DNA from: a virus
Taxonomy: Duplodnaviria; Heunggongvirae; Uroviricota; Caudoviricetes
DNA: 64,000 nucleotides
Direction: 5' to 3' (one strand)
IMG/VR virus record: IMGVR_UViG_3300033074_000580
Location: 1-64,000 of that record
The number at the start of each line of letters is the position of its first letter. Position 1 is the first letter of the stretch. Positions 1 through 10,442 of the stretch are shown piece by piece. Both the position numbers and the translations under genes were made by a program. The notes under the pieces are model-generated. The model was not told the DNA's origin and did not search any database. It was given only the letters and a program-made list of their open reading frames with translations.

Positions 1-549
1 ATCGTAATTTTCCTTTTTAAGGTTACCTGTTTTACCATATAACCAATTAACTTCAGGACATACAGCATTTACGTGTTCCCAAATTACATGTTTCTTATCG
101 ATATCTTTTGGATATCCACCGAATAATACATTACGACCTTTATCGTTTGGTCCAACCAAATCCGGAAATGCAAACTTTCTTGAATTATATGTTGATATAA
201 ATGTTGGCAAAATACCTAACACATCATAACAAGCCTTGAGAATCAATGTGTTGTAACGTAATAACGTTCCTATAGTATAAATGTTATTCGATTGTAAAAG
301 AGGTTCTTCAATAATAATACGAGTTATACCCATATTTTTATACCCATCAAGATGTTTCTTGAAGGTATCTGCCTTTTTGATTAACTCCTCAATCTTATCT
401 TCGGGTTGAGGTTTAATTTTAGGTGAAAAATGGGTTAATTCCAATAACTTTGACCCTGATATGTCAAATAACGCAAACCCTATGGTTTTGGTTGAAATAT
501 CCAAACCAAGTATTTTAGGTTTGTTCTTAAATTTTACATCTATACTCAT
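1..549 (-). CDS. RuvC-like Holliday junction resolvase (3' end truncated by window edge)
   Basis: Not in the ORF track. Manual translation from ATG at 549: MSIDVKFKNKPKILGLDISTKTIGFALFD...IIIEEPLL...KKENYD, showing the RNase H-fold ILGLD, second acidic IEE and the C-terminal D motif of RuvC. Confidence 0.8.
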   Translation of the reverse strand, partial: MSIDVKFKNKPKILGLDISTKTIGFALFDISGSKLLELTHFSPKIKPQPEDKIEELIKKADTFKKHLDGYKNMGITRIIIEEPLLQSNNIYTIGTLLRYNTLILKACYDVLGILPTFISTYNSRKFAFPDLVGPNDKGRNVLFGGYPKDIDKKHVIWEHVNAVCPEVNWLYGKTGNLKKENYD

Positions 550-556
550 ATAACAA

Positions 557-585
557 AAGTTAAATGATTTATTATTAAATGTAAA
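557..585 (-). promoter_or_regulatory. Housekeeping-sigma-like promoter for the RuvC-like gene
   Basis: Minus strand TTTACA-N17-TAACTT(TTG) just upstream of the ATG. Confidence 0.5.
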
Positions 586-587
586 GT

Positions 588-2153
588 TTAAAAATCTAAT
601 TTAACTGAAATAACTTGGGTTCCAGATTTTGTCAATGGAGAAGCCAATTTACCGACAACTAAAGTTTCTTTGTTTGAATTTAACAATGCAACTTCGGTAA
701 TTTTAATGTTACCACTTGTATAAGTTGGATTTTGAGATGTTTCAAATTTTCCTGTTGGTAAATTTGCTTTAAAAATCATCTCTTCTATTTTACTTTCTCT
801 AACCACACTAACGCTACTTCCCGTTAAACCACTTATTTTTCTTTCGTCCCCAAAAGATGATAAAGTTGATGTGTAGGTTGTTGATGCTGCCGCGTATTTT
901 GTTTGATTTATAGTAAATGTGAAACCTGTTTTAAGATTATCAATGTTATTATTTAAATCAGTATTATATGATGTTTTATTTATTTTCCACGCAGTAGATG
1001 ATGGTAATTGACCATTGTCCACTAATTGGTGTAGAATATAAAATTGACTTGCAGTATAACCACTATTTAAATGTTTGAATTCCCCACTACTAAATTTAAC
1101 AGTCACGTTTTCATCATTTGTAGAACCTGTAACTTTACTAAAATACATACATGGTAATGTTTCTGTAGAGCCACTTAACATGTAAGTCACCCAAAGAGTT
1201 TTACCCGATGTTAACGCAGTAATTGGGTCAGCACTAGCTGCAATTACGTCTACCTTTGGTTTAGGTAGTGTGTGTAATCTATTTGAACCTCCGTCTAACG
1301 CTGCAACAATTTCTTCATCATCAAACACAATTGTTTTTTGATTATAAAATATCTTACCAACTCTCTTGTTTGAATAATCAACCAAATCTTTATATTCTAA
1401 AATTGATTTTGAATTGTAATTTGAAACGATATTTTTTGATGTTCCTGTTGACATATAGAATGTAGCACCCGTAGTTGCACCACTCAATCTATGATATAAT
1501 AGTGTTGGTAAACTAACATTAAAATATTCAACGTCAGTTTTATTTGAAGGGTTATTAGTAGCATCGGTTGTTATTCCTGTCCACGTACTAATATAGTCGT
1601 CGTATTTAAAAAATCCTTCAGGGTCATTTAATGGTGAACCATTTTCAGAATAATGTAATATTGCAATTGCTTTTTGTTCCTCAGGTGAAATTGTGACTTG
1701 TGCACCTGTGGTATCATATATTGTCGTTCCTGTGTTATATGTTTGACCTGATGATGTTGTGTAACCTAAATAATTTTTAATACCAATATATTTGTTGCTT
1801 GTATATCCTGAAACTGAACCACTTACACCAATCGGTAATTTTTCCCATACACTATCTAATGTCCAATTGCCATTTGATTCTATAACATCTCTACATGTTA
1901 ATTGTCTAGATTCTTCTACTGGAATACCATATGTAGTTGTCCCACTTGTATACCAAATTGGGTATTTAACATTTGTATTTTTATCTAATGGAGAAAATAC
2001 ATTTTGTGTGGTTCCGGTTAAGTTATAGTTATATTCAGAATCACCGACAGCAAAATAACTTACAACAAAATTACCTTTTGCTATTGCATTTCTACCAGTA
2101 TCTGTAAGTCTCGCCGCGACTGTTGCTGAATAATTTGTGTTTAAGAAACTCAT
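588..2153 (-). CDS. Baseplate/tail-fibre attachment protein (tail-collar, DUF3751-like N- and C-terminal segments)
   Basis: N-terminal LTDTGRNAIAKG..YFAVGD and C-terminal ITEVALLNSNKETLVVGKLASP resemble tail-collar motifs; lies next to baseplate genes. Confidence 0.6.
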   Translation of the reverse strand: MSFLNTNYSATVAARLTDTGRNAIAKGNFVVSYFAVGDSEYNYNLTGTTQNVFSPLDKNTNVKYPIWYTSGTTTYGIPVEESRQLTCRDVIESNGNWTLDSVWEKLPIGVSGSVSGYTSNKYIGIKNYLGYTTSSGQTYNTGTTIYDTTGAQVTISPEEQKAIAILHYSENGSPLNDPEGFFKYDDYISTWTGITTDATNNPSNKTDVEYFNVSLPTLLYHRLSGATTGATFYMSTGTSKNIVSNYNSKSILEYKDLVDYSNKRVGKIFYNQKTIVFDDEEIVAALDGGSNRLHTLPKPKVDVIAASADPITALTSGKTLWVTYMLSGSTETLPCMYFSKVTGSTNDENVTVKFSSGEFKHLNSGYTASQFYILHQLVDNGQLPSSTAWKINKTSYNTDLNNNIDNLKTGFTFTINQTKYAAASTTYTSTLSSFGDERKISGLTGSSVSVVRESKIEEMIFKANLPTGKFETSQNPTYTSGNIKITEVALLNSNKETLVVGKLASPLTKSGTQVISVKLDF

Positions 2154-2187
2154 ATTTTATAAATATTATTTTAATTTTTAATTATAA

Positions 2188-4593
2188 TCAAATTACATTA
2201 CAATGAAAATTATCGGTATCGTATCCAACACCAACCGCAATTTGTACACCATATCTTGGTGTTTTATAGTTATATTTTGACCTATTGAAAACATTGTTTT
2301 CAACTAAATTACCTCCAGTCCATAAAGTGGATGAAGGAATGAATTGTTCAACCAATTTAGTCCAATATGGTGTCATTTTTTGAACGAATTCATTTACAGA
2401 AACAAAATTGTATGGTGTATATCCAGTTTCCGTACCACTTATGTTAGTAATGTATTGATTATAAATTTCTTCTAAATAGATGTAATTTTTCTTGTACTTA
2501 ATAACATTTGTGTTTGTAATTACTTGACTTAAAGCGGTGTCTAAAAATTCAGCAAAACTATAATCATTTTGTGGTTCTAATTCACCGAATGTTAAATCCA
2601 AATCTCTTGATTTTCTATAAATGTCGTATTCAATTCCTCTTGATGGGGATAGATAAACATTTAAATTTTTTCTATTTAAAATTAGTTTTGATTCATTATC
2701 ATTACTTACAACCGATGTTTTATTATTATCAATATGTGATTCTAATTTAAAACCGTAATCTAATCCAGGCAAGTTTCTAAAATAATTAAAATAATCTTCA
2801 CCGTATGTATAAGGTTTAGGTTTTGTTTTAATTGTTTTTGTTCTACCCGTTAAAACTGATAATTCATTATCAATTATATTAGATGACCTATGGTCTAATG
2901 TTAAATCATACCAACCCGCACCTTTTTGGAAAAAGATATCTGACGATACATTAGTTGTTTTTCTTGGATAACCATTTTCATCTATTGGATATTCATCTCT
3001 CACTAATGTTGTCGTTCCTGTAGTTACTCCTGTTAAATAACTTGAAAATGTTCCACTACTTAAGGTATAACCTGTTATTTCTACTTGAGTTTTTGTACCT
3101 TGAATTAAATCATATAAGTCACTTTCAATATCCAAACTTTGTGGTATTTCAGTAACTTTATAAACGTACTCATCAATTTTAATTAAAGGTTCAGGTGCAC
3201 CTAAAAACTTTAAGAAGAATTGAATTGCAGAACGTGTTCCTTTTGATTTATATAAATGTGAAAGGTTAGTTAATATTCTTCTATAAAACTCGTATTCAGC
3301 CTCAATTAAAGTTTTACCGACAGGTATTCCCAAATATTGGGCTTCTTGTCTTGTGTATAATGTTTCTTCTAAAGATTTTTCGTCAAATAGATTTACAGTT
3401 GATAATCCTAATGTATTTGATAAGTTTTTTAATAATACGTCCGGTACATTGTTTATACCGTCATAACTAACATTTCTCATAAAAGCAATGTTATCTATGT
3501 ATTTTTTTACTTTATCAAAACTTTGTCCGTATAATTGGAAAATAGATTCCGCTCTTTTTTCTTCAGTATCAAATTCAAATAATTGTGGTGCCGATAAAAA
3601 TCTAACGATTAAGTTTGATTTGTAATCGTCAATCTCATCACCCAATCCACTTAACGTACTGATATAGTCATTGTAGTTAATACCTACAATTTGTAAGTTC
3701 CAATTATCTTTTGATATTGGCCAAGTAACGGAGACATCAACAATATCGGTAGATGTTTCATCAAAACTATCTCTCGGTACTTTAAACGTTGCAGTATACT
3801 TCGGATTAGATTCTCTATTTAAAAGAGATTTTTCCAAATCATCCAAATTATTGAAAAACTCTTCCGTTATCGAATCATTTGGTCTAATTAAAAAACTTGT
3901 AGTTGTACCGGTTGAACCGCTAAATAAATCACCATTAACTTTTAATTTAATATCTCCGTTAATGTCGGGTTCTGTATAGTTTATTATGTTATATGTATTA
4001 CCACTAAAATCTATACTATATTTCGTATATGAGGAATAAAAATTTCTAACAGTATTGTCTGTTGTGGGTAACACATTACTTAATGGTTGTTCCAATACAA
4101 TATCAAAAGGATTGAATATTATATTTTGTGGAACATAAAATTCAGTAGTATTTGTTGTTGTACTATATGTCGAATTAAACGCAGTATAGTCAGTTATTTT
4201 ATATGAAGAATTTTCATCTATAAAAATTGCGGCGGGGAATTTACTGATGATTTTCCCAATTGAAACTGATAATCTACTTTTTAAAGAACCGAATAAGGAT
4301 TTACTTGCATCATCAATTTTACCCTTAAATGAAATTTTTTCTTTTTTAACATTACCGTATTGTGTTGTTGGTGCTTCTTCCTCTTCTTTTAGAGTATCTA
4401 AAGTAAGATAATCTGAAAATGGACTAGTTTTAAAATCTTTACTATCTTTTTCAGGAATGACCTTATCAACCGCAAAACTGGTGTTAGTTAATTGACTGGT
4501 TCCGTCGGTTATTTGTCTACCGACTAAACTATCACTAAATGTTTCCGCACCACTTGCAGCTTGACTTGGTATTTTATACTTTACTACAGCCAT
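2188..4593 (-). CDS. Baseplate wedge protein with P2 gpI/T4 gp7-like domain
   Basis: VPDVLLKNLSNTLG...YRRILTNLSHLYKSKGTRSAIQFFLKFLG matches the Tail_P2_I 'KGT' signature. Confidence 0.7.
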   Translation of the reverse strand: MAVVKYKIPSQAASGAETFSDSLVGRQITDGTSQLTNTSFAVDKVIPEKDSKDFKTSPFSDYLTLDTLKEEEEAPTTQYGNVKKEKISFKGKIDDASKSLFGSLKSRLSVSIGKIISKFPAAIFIDENSSYKITDYTAFNSTYSTTTNTTEFYVPQNIIFNPFDIVLEQPLSNVLPTTDNTVRNFYSSYTKYSIDFSGNTYNIINYTEPDINGDIKLKVNGDLFSGSTGTTTSFLIRPNDSITEEFFNNLDDLEKSLLNRESNPKYTATFKVPRDSFDETSTDIVDVSVTWPISKDNWNLQIVGINYNDYISTLSGLGDEIDDYKSNLIVRFLSAPQLFEFDTEEKRAESIFQLYGQSFDKVKKYIDNIAFMRNVSYDGINNVPDVLLKNLSNTLGLSTVNLFDEKSLEETLYTRQEAQYLGIPVGKTLIEAEYEFYRRILTNLSHLYKSKGTRSAIQFFLKFLGAPEPLIKIDEYVYKVTEIPQSLDIESDLYDLIQGTKTQVEITGYTLSSGTFSSYLTGVTTGTTTLVRDEYPIDENGYPRKTTNVSSDIFFQKGAGWYDLTLDHRSSNIIDNELSVLTGRTKTIKTKPKPYTYGEDYFNYFRNLPGLDYGFKLESHIDNNKTSVVSNDNESKLILNRKNLNVYLSPSRGIEYDIYRKSRDLDLTFGELEPQNDYSFAEFLDTALSQVITNTNVIKYKKNYIYLEEIYNQYITNISGTETGYTPYNFVSVNEFVQKMTPYWTKLVEQFIPSSTLWTGGNLVENNVFNRSKYNYKTPRYGVQIAVGVGYDTDNFHCNVI

Positions 4594-5519
4594 TATGATG
4601 TAATGTTATCTAAGTTTAAGGTCTCATCAATATTATCTCTTTCTTCACGAACCTCATATAATGTTTCGTTATATTGGTCTTTAACCTCGTAAAGGTTGTA
4701 TTGTTTGTATATTGCGTTATTATTATTGTTATCGTAAATTGTGTAAATACCTTGAGCAACTGCCTTAGTTTGATTACCATAAAGAGCGTGTGCCAATGTA
4801 CTTGCATCATGTTCTACCATTTCAACCTCAACTGTTGTTGGGTTAAAAAATGTATTTGTCAAGATAATTTTTTGACCAGGTTCCCCGATAAATGGAGTCA
4901 CGTTTGGTCTACTTGATGGAGCAGAACTTGGTGTTAATGTAATAAATAAAAACGGAGCTGTTTGGTCGGTATATTGATATCTAATCGCCTTATCAGTTGA
5001 ATTCGTTAAATTAGACACTATTGGTTGACAATAGAAACATGAGGTCACCATTCTGTAAAAATTAGGTACCTTCGTTTTACCGTCTGATGCATTTATATAT
5101 TCAACTCTATACCCAACTAATCCTTGTGGTGTAAATTTATTTCTGTCCACACTTGGTACTGCTGAAATATCGATAACCAAACCTCTTACAGATGGTAAAG
5201 AAGCCAAAACACCACAATCCGTAATTGAGGTTCTAATTTGTTTTGGTCTAAGATGTAACGTATAAATTCCTAATTGAGAGAAATCCGCCGATTTTAATTT
5301 TAAATTATAAAGACCACCTAATATTTCATTATTTGGTGCATTAGTATCATCAGTAGTATCTGAATTATGATAAACTGGTGTCAAAATATCTTCCGATACT
5401 AATTTTTTTAAGGTAACTTCAGCTGTAGATGTTCTACCAGAAGTGTAGTGATAAAAAATATCTACATCTGCGGGTGACACATCTGCCGGTCTAACTATAC
5501 CATATGAACCTACTGCCAT
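4593..5519 (-). CDS. Hypothetical virion/baseplate protein
   Basis: 308 aa ORF, stop overlaps next start, TATTTATA motif upstream, structural context. Confidence 0.6.
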   Translation of the reverse strand: MAVGSYGIVRPADVSPADVDIFYHYTSGRTSTAEVTLKKLVSEDILTPVYHNSDTTDDTNAPNNEILGGLYNLKLKSADFSQLGIYTLHLRPKQIRTSITDCGVLASLPSVRGLVIDISAVPSVDRNKFTPQGLVGYRVEYINASDGKTKVPNFYRMVTSCFYCQPIVSNLTNSTDKAIRYQYTDQTAPFLFITLTPSSAPSSRPNVTPFIGEPGQKIILTNTFFNPTTVEVEMVEHDASTLAHALYGNQTKAVAQGIYTIYDNNNNNAIYKQYNLYEVKDQYNETLYEVREERDNIDETLNLDNITS

Positions 5520-5542
5520 GCTTTTTTATTATAAATATAATT

Positions 5543-6118
5543 TTATTGTTTTTTCACGTTAAAATACCCATTACCGTAAACACTTAATTCACCCATATTA
5601 TCAATTTCCCCCAATCTTAAGTTTAATTCCATAACCCCCAATTTACCCCTTTCAACAAAAATGTCAGAGTAAACTCTTGGTTGTTCGATAAACCCTAAAA
5701 AATGTTCATTTCTGGTTAACATTTTATTTATCACATATTCTGTTGCAAAATCAGAATCATTACCGATTGTTGAACCGGATGCAGTTAAATAAGATGGTGT
5801 TTTACCTGTAATTTGAGTATATCCCGTATCGTAATCTTCATACGATAATCCATCAATAGTGTACCCTGTATAATTTACTGTAACTCCACTAATAGTTTTG
5901 GTAGTTGCGGTAATTCCCGAATAAGAATCTGAACCATATAATTTTTTCTCACTTAATCTACTGGACCCTATGGCCATGAAGCTAAATGTTTTAGTTCCTG
6001 TAATACCTTCCTTATATTCTAAATCATTTAAATATGATTGAGTTTTACCTGTAATATCTGTATAAGGTATTGTAAATTCTAAATCTCCAAAATATGTGGC
6101 ACCTGAATATGTGGGCAT
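5543..6118 (-). CDS. Hypothetical virion protein, Thr/Gly-rich
   Basis: 191 aa with 8 [ST]GxT motifs; structural module. Confidence 0.55.
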   Translation of the reverse strand: MPTYSGATYFGDLEFTIPYTDITGKTQSYLNDLEYKEGITGTKTFSFMAIGSSRLSEKKLYGSDSYSGITATTKTISGVTVNYTGYTIDGLSYEDYDTGYTQITGKTPSYLTASGSTIGNDSDFATEYVINKMLTRNEHFLGFIEQPRVYSDIFVERGKLGVMELNLRLGEIDNMGELSVYGNGYFNVKKQ

Positions 6119-6199
6119 ACTAATTTATTCTATTCTAGTAAATATCCATAAGGATAGTTTAATGAAATATAACGAATAAATTAGTACAAATAAAGTCGA

Positions 6200-6952
6200 T
6201 TATACGTTAGAACCAACAAAATAATAATTGAATGTTCTTGATGAGCCGGAAGGAACAAATGTTATTCTAAATTGTGTTCTATATGTAATTGCATTAGTAT
6301 CTATTGCAATTCCTGGTATTTGATATCCGTTAATACTATAACGTTTATATGGGGTTGTTTGTGATTGTGTAATTGTAAGATTTTGTAATAGTCCACCACC
6401 CCATTTTCCATATTGTTGGTCACCCGCTAAATTAAATGTTCCAAGATTTTCAATTAAAAAATTAGATGTAAATGTAGAACCATATCCGACCGAAGGATAC
6501 GTTGGTGCATCGTCCGCTAAATAGAATGGACCATCAAACCATGCAATTTCAGGATGAAGTCCACTGTTTGTAACTTCACTACCCGGTGTCCCAACAAAAA
6601 AACCACTATCAGGACTAAGACTACTATATGAAGAAGATAAAGGAACTTGTGACAATACAGATAACGCCAAACTTGTTGTATTAAGAGCGTAAACCGCAGA
6701 TGAACTACATTTATTATTTGCGGTTAATTTCATGTAATAATCGTTACCAGTAACACCAGTAATACCATAAGTTCCTGCCGCCAATGTTCCCCCATTATAT
6801 GCTGAAACGGTATTTCTAGTAACACCGGTCGCATATGTTGTTCTTAAAACTTCTGCACCGCTTGTTACGTCCCATTCATATATTTGAATGGTAAAATTAT
6901 CCGGTTCTGCGGACCCGGTTAAACCGATGGTTAAATTATCTTTAGTTGCCAT
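6200..6952 (-). CDS. Hypothetical virion surface/fibre-associated protein
   Basis: 250 aa beta-rich, S/T/G-rich ORF with TATTTATA upstream. Confidence 0.55.
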   Translation of the reverse strand: MATKDNLTIGLTGSAEPDNFTIQIYEWDVTSGAEVLRTTYATGVTRNTVSAYNGGTLAAGTYGITGVTGNDYYMKLTANNKCSSSAVYALNTTSLALSVLSQVPLSSSYSSLSPDSGFFVGTPGSEVTNSGLHPEIAWFDGPFYLADDAPTYPSVGYGSTFTSNFLIENLGTFNLAGDQQYGKWGGGLLQNLTITQSQTTPYKRYSINGYQIPGIAIDTNAITYRTQFRITFVPSGSSRTFNYYFVGSNV

Positions 6953-7000
6953 ATTCTATTTTTTAAGTTCTTTTATATAAATATAAGTTTAATGTTATTT

Positions 7001-9679
7001 TTAGATTTTTTGTAGACTTGCGGTAACTACCGTAAATGGTCCAGTTGTTGATGCGGTTACGGTCCAACTTGTCACGTTATATGTTCCAGGTGCTAAGTTG
7101 AAGTCTATGAAATTAGTTCCTGTTTGTAATGTTGTACTATATGTTCCAACACCAGGTATCACTATAGACGTTGAACCTTTATCTCCAGTTACAACTTGAG
7201 AAGTTAATCTTATGGTTACGGTTGCTCCCACAATAGTTATTGTCGTTGCTGTCACAGTACTACTTGTCGATGAAGTACTAACTGATACCGAACTAGGACT
7301 GAATGATGCAGTTGCCGGTGGTACTGGTACCTCAGTAACTCCACTATTTGTTACACAACCATTTGCATCTGTTACCTCAAGACAATAACCATATGTTGTT
7401 ATTCCCGAAACATTGAATGTTGCACCCGCCTCTGTTACATTTGTCCAAGTGTTTACTAATGTTCCACCACAAGTTGTATATGGTGAACTTGTATCGGCAT
7501 ATAATCTATATGTCTTAGGCCATACACCTCCCGATGAACTTAATTGAATAACTCCATCTGTTAAATTTCCTGCCCATGTTGGGTCTGTAATTCTTGTTAC
7601 GCTTGCGGATTGTGCTGTTGGTTGGGTAATTGTTTGTCCATATGATGCAATACATCCTTGACTATCTTTTACATAAACAGTATAACTACCCGCAGTTAAA
7701 CTACTAAATGTTTTAGGGAACGCATAATATGTACTATTGTCTATTGAAACTGTATAAGCCCCACTATTACCTCCACTTGGATTAGATGTAGCAATTGAAC
7801 CATTTGAACCTCCGTTACAACTTACATTAGTCACACTAATTGTAGCATTAGGCGCCGTTTTAGTCATATCAATTGGTAATGTTCCCGATTCACAACCTGA
7901 ACCATCTCTACCTTGTACTGTGTAACTAATTGCACCTAAACCACTAAATGTACCACTTGATTGCCAAGCTCCCCATGAACCCGAACTATATATTCTATAT
8001 TGATATCCAGTACCTGAACCACCAGTTGCAGTTACGGTAATTGAACCATTTGAACCATTATAACATGTGGTATAAATTGCATTTGTACTAATGCTAACCG
8101 CAGATGGTTCTGTTACCGTTACACTATAATATTGCTCACATGTTGTAGAACTTGAATCTTTCACATAAACCCTATATGTTCCGGCAGATAATCCACCATA
8201 TGTTCTATCTCCCGAAATCGTTTGATACGCATATAATGTTGAGCTACCATCACTATTTGTTAGTTTTGTAGCATATGGTCCACCGATACCACCTGAAATT
8301 GTCGAATAACTAAGAGATATACTACCATTACTACCTCCGTTACATGTTGGTTGTGATGATGATGTACCAATATACGGAGCACTTCTTGCTAAACTACCCA
8401 CATAAACTGATGAAACTGTTCCCGTTCTGTTACTATTTCTTATATAACCGGTCCATGGTCCGCCAGATAAACTACTAAACGTGGCACTTGTTTGCCAATT
8501 GACGTTATCTTTCGAATATTCATACGAAGCTCCATTACCTCCACTACCGCTTAATGTGAATGATGCGTCATTTAAATTATAACAACTTTGTAACGAATAT
8601 GTTGAAACCGATACTGTCAACGCAGGTAATGTTGGTGTGACAGTTGGAGTCACCGTGTGTGTTGGTGTTATACTTGGGGTAATAGTTGGTGTAATTGTTG
8701 GTGTAACAGTTTTTGTTGGCGTAATTGTTGGAGTAATACTTGGAGTAATACTTGGTGTAACGGTTACTGTTGGAGTAATTGTTGGTGTAATAGATGATGT
8801 AACAGTTGGTGTAACTGTTTTTGTTGGTGTGATAGTAGGTGTAATTGTAGACGTTACCGTTGGCGTAATTGTAGGTGTTACAGTTACTGTTGGGGTTGGT
8901 GTTGGTGTTAAAATAGTGACACTAATACCAAAGCTACAGTTAATAGTCTGTGTTGGGGTAACTGTAACTGTTGGAGTTACTGTATGTGTAGGTGTAACCG
9001 TATTTGTTGGCGTAATTGTAGGTGTTACAGTTACTGTTGGGGTTACTGTTACCGTAGGTGTGATAGTTGGGGTAACTGTGTGTGTAGGTGTAACCGTATT
9101 TGTTGGCGTAATTGTGTGTGTTGGTGTTATTGTAACTGTTGGTGTGATAGTTGGTGTGATAGTATTTGTCGGTGTAATTGTTACTGTAGGTGTTGGTGTA
9201 GGTGTAATAATAGTTACACTAATACCGAAGCTACAATTGATTGTTTGAGTAGGTGTCACCGTTACTGTAGGTGTTACCGTTACTGTAGGAGTAACTGTGT
9301 TTGTTGGTGTAACAGTTGGCGTCACAGTAATTGTTGGCGTAATTGTGGCTGTAGGTGTAATAGTTGGGGTAATGGTTGGTGTTACTGTTATAGTAGGTGT
9401 TGGTGTAGGTGTTCTTGATGTAAGAAGAATTGTATATGGTATATTAAGACCATTTACCTTATTTACCACAATAATACTTGTAGCACCATCAGGTATAATA
9501 ATTGGAACACCAGTTTCTGAATTATTTACTATAGTTAAATCATGAAATGATAAATCTTGAGCATATAAGTTATTATCATATCTTATGGCAAGATTAGATT
9601 CACTAACACTATCGTGGTAGATATCATAAGGTCCCGGTGAGGTTCCTGATTGTAATTCTATGTAAAAATATCTTGCCAT
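7001..9679 (-). CDS. Fibre/adhesin-like protein: mucin-like TPT stalk plus SprB-type repeats
   Basis: About 260 aa of (TPT[IVNH]) repeats followed by several CNGGSNGSI...GG...Y...F..L.AG.Y.V.VKD..GC units typical of the SprB repeat. Confidence 0.75.
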   Translation of the reverse strand: MARYFYIELQSGTSPGPYDIYHDSVSESNLAIRYDNNLYAQDLSFHDLTIVNNSETGVPIIIPDGATSIIVVNKVNGLNIPYTILLTSRTPTPTPTITVTPTITPTITPTATITPTITVTPTVTPTNTVTPTVTVTPTVTVTPTQTINCSFGISVTIITPTPTPTVTITPTNTITPTITPTVTITPTHTITPTNTVTPTHTVTPTITPTVTVTPTVTVTPTITPTNTVTPTHTVTPTVTVTPTQTINCSFGISVTILTPTPTPTVTVTPTITPTVTSTITPTITPTKTVTPTVTSSITPTITPTVTVTPSITPSITPTITPTKTVTPTITPTITPSITPTHTVTPTVTPTLPALTVSVSTYSLQSCYNLNDASFTLSGSGGNGASYEYSKDNVNWQTSATFSSLSGGPWTGYIRNSNRTGTVSSVYVGSLARSAPYIGTSSSQPTCNGGSNGSISLSYSTISGGIGGPYATKLTNSDGSSTLYAYQTISGDRTYGGLSAGTYRVYVKDSSSTTCEQYYSVTVTEPSAVSISTNAIYTTCYNGSNGSITVTATGGSGTGYQYRIYSSGSWGAWQSSGTFSGLGAISYTVQGRDGSGCESGTLPIDMTKTAPNATISVTNVSCNGGSNGSIATSNPSGGNSGAYTVSIDNSTYYAFPKTFSSLTAGSYTVYVKDSQGCIASYGQTITQPTAQSASVTRITDPTWAGNLTDGVIQLSSSGGVWPKTYRLYADTSSPYTTCGGTLVNTWTNVTEAGATFNVSGITTYGYCLEVTDANGCVTNSGVTEVPVPPATASFSPSSVSVSTSSTSSTVTATTITIVGATVTIRLTSQVVTGDKGSTSIVIPGVGTYSTTLQTGTNFIDFNLAPGTYNVTSWTVTASTTGPFTVVTASLQKI
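8628..9412. repeat. Degenerate coding tandem repeat (Thr-Pro-Thr-X units) with two Cys cassettes
   Basis: Repeated gttggtgt/aactgt/aattgt units with synonymous variation. Confidence 0.9.
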
Positions 9680-9688
9680 TTATTATAA

Positions 9689-10438
9689 TTACTGATTTAT
9701 TAAATTGTAATCGTTTTCAATATTTAAAACATAATCAACTTGTGATTCACCCATAAAAACTTTATCGGTGTACGCAAATAGTTTATTTTCACCATCATCA
9801 AATATTGAAGATTTATATATATTTGTTTGATTATTTCCGTTTATTTTACTAACATTATTTGTATCGATATCATATAAAAATGTTTCAAAATTATCTTCGA
9901 ACATACCTGTAAATAATATCTTATTTTGACCATACATTGGTATTATTCTAACCACATTTTGTGTGTATGGTGAACAATCAAAAATTGTATTACCATTTTT
10001 TAAAATATCATCACTTTTAACATTTAAAATGTATTTTCCATCTTTAATAAATCCTGTTCGTACTCTATCCCACATCATCAAATTTGTTACTGTTTTAGTT
10101 ACCATATCAAAATCTCCTTGAACTAAAAAATATTTTAGTGGCTCGTGGTCTTCCATTTTATGTGCACCAATAACATAACTTATTTTATTATCATTTATAA
10201 ACCCATTACACTCAGCAATTACTTCATAATTTTCATTTTCATGTGTTATTATATTTGGTGTGTTAATTGTTGTTTTTGTATAATTTGAATCTAAAAGACA
10301 TAATTTCCAATAATCTTCAAATACATCATCCTCACCAAATTTAAAACTAAATCTTTGGTTTGTAAATTCACTAACAATAATATTGATTTCATTATTATGT
10401 TTAAAAATATATGGTTGATGTAAATTACTTATTTTCAT
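9689..10438 (-). CDS. Hypothetical protein between the two TPT fibre genes
   Basis: 249 aa, N/I/K/D-rich globular-looking ORF with no recognisable motif. Confidence 0.6.
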   Translation of the reverse strand: MKISNLHQPYIFKHNNEINIIVSEFTNQRFSFKFGEDDVFEDYWKLCLLDSNYTKTTINTPNIITHENENYEVIAECNGFINDNKISYVIGAHKMEDHEPLKYFLVQGDFDMVTKTVTNLMMWDRVRTGFIKDGKYILNVKSDDILKNGNTIFDCSPYTQNVVRIIPMYGQNKILFTGMFEDNFETFLYDIDTNNVSKINGNNQTNIYKSSIFDDGENKLFAYTDKVFMGESQVDYVLNIENDYNLINQ

Positions 10439-10442
10439 TATT

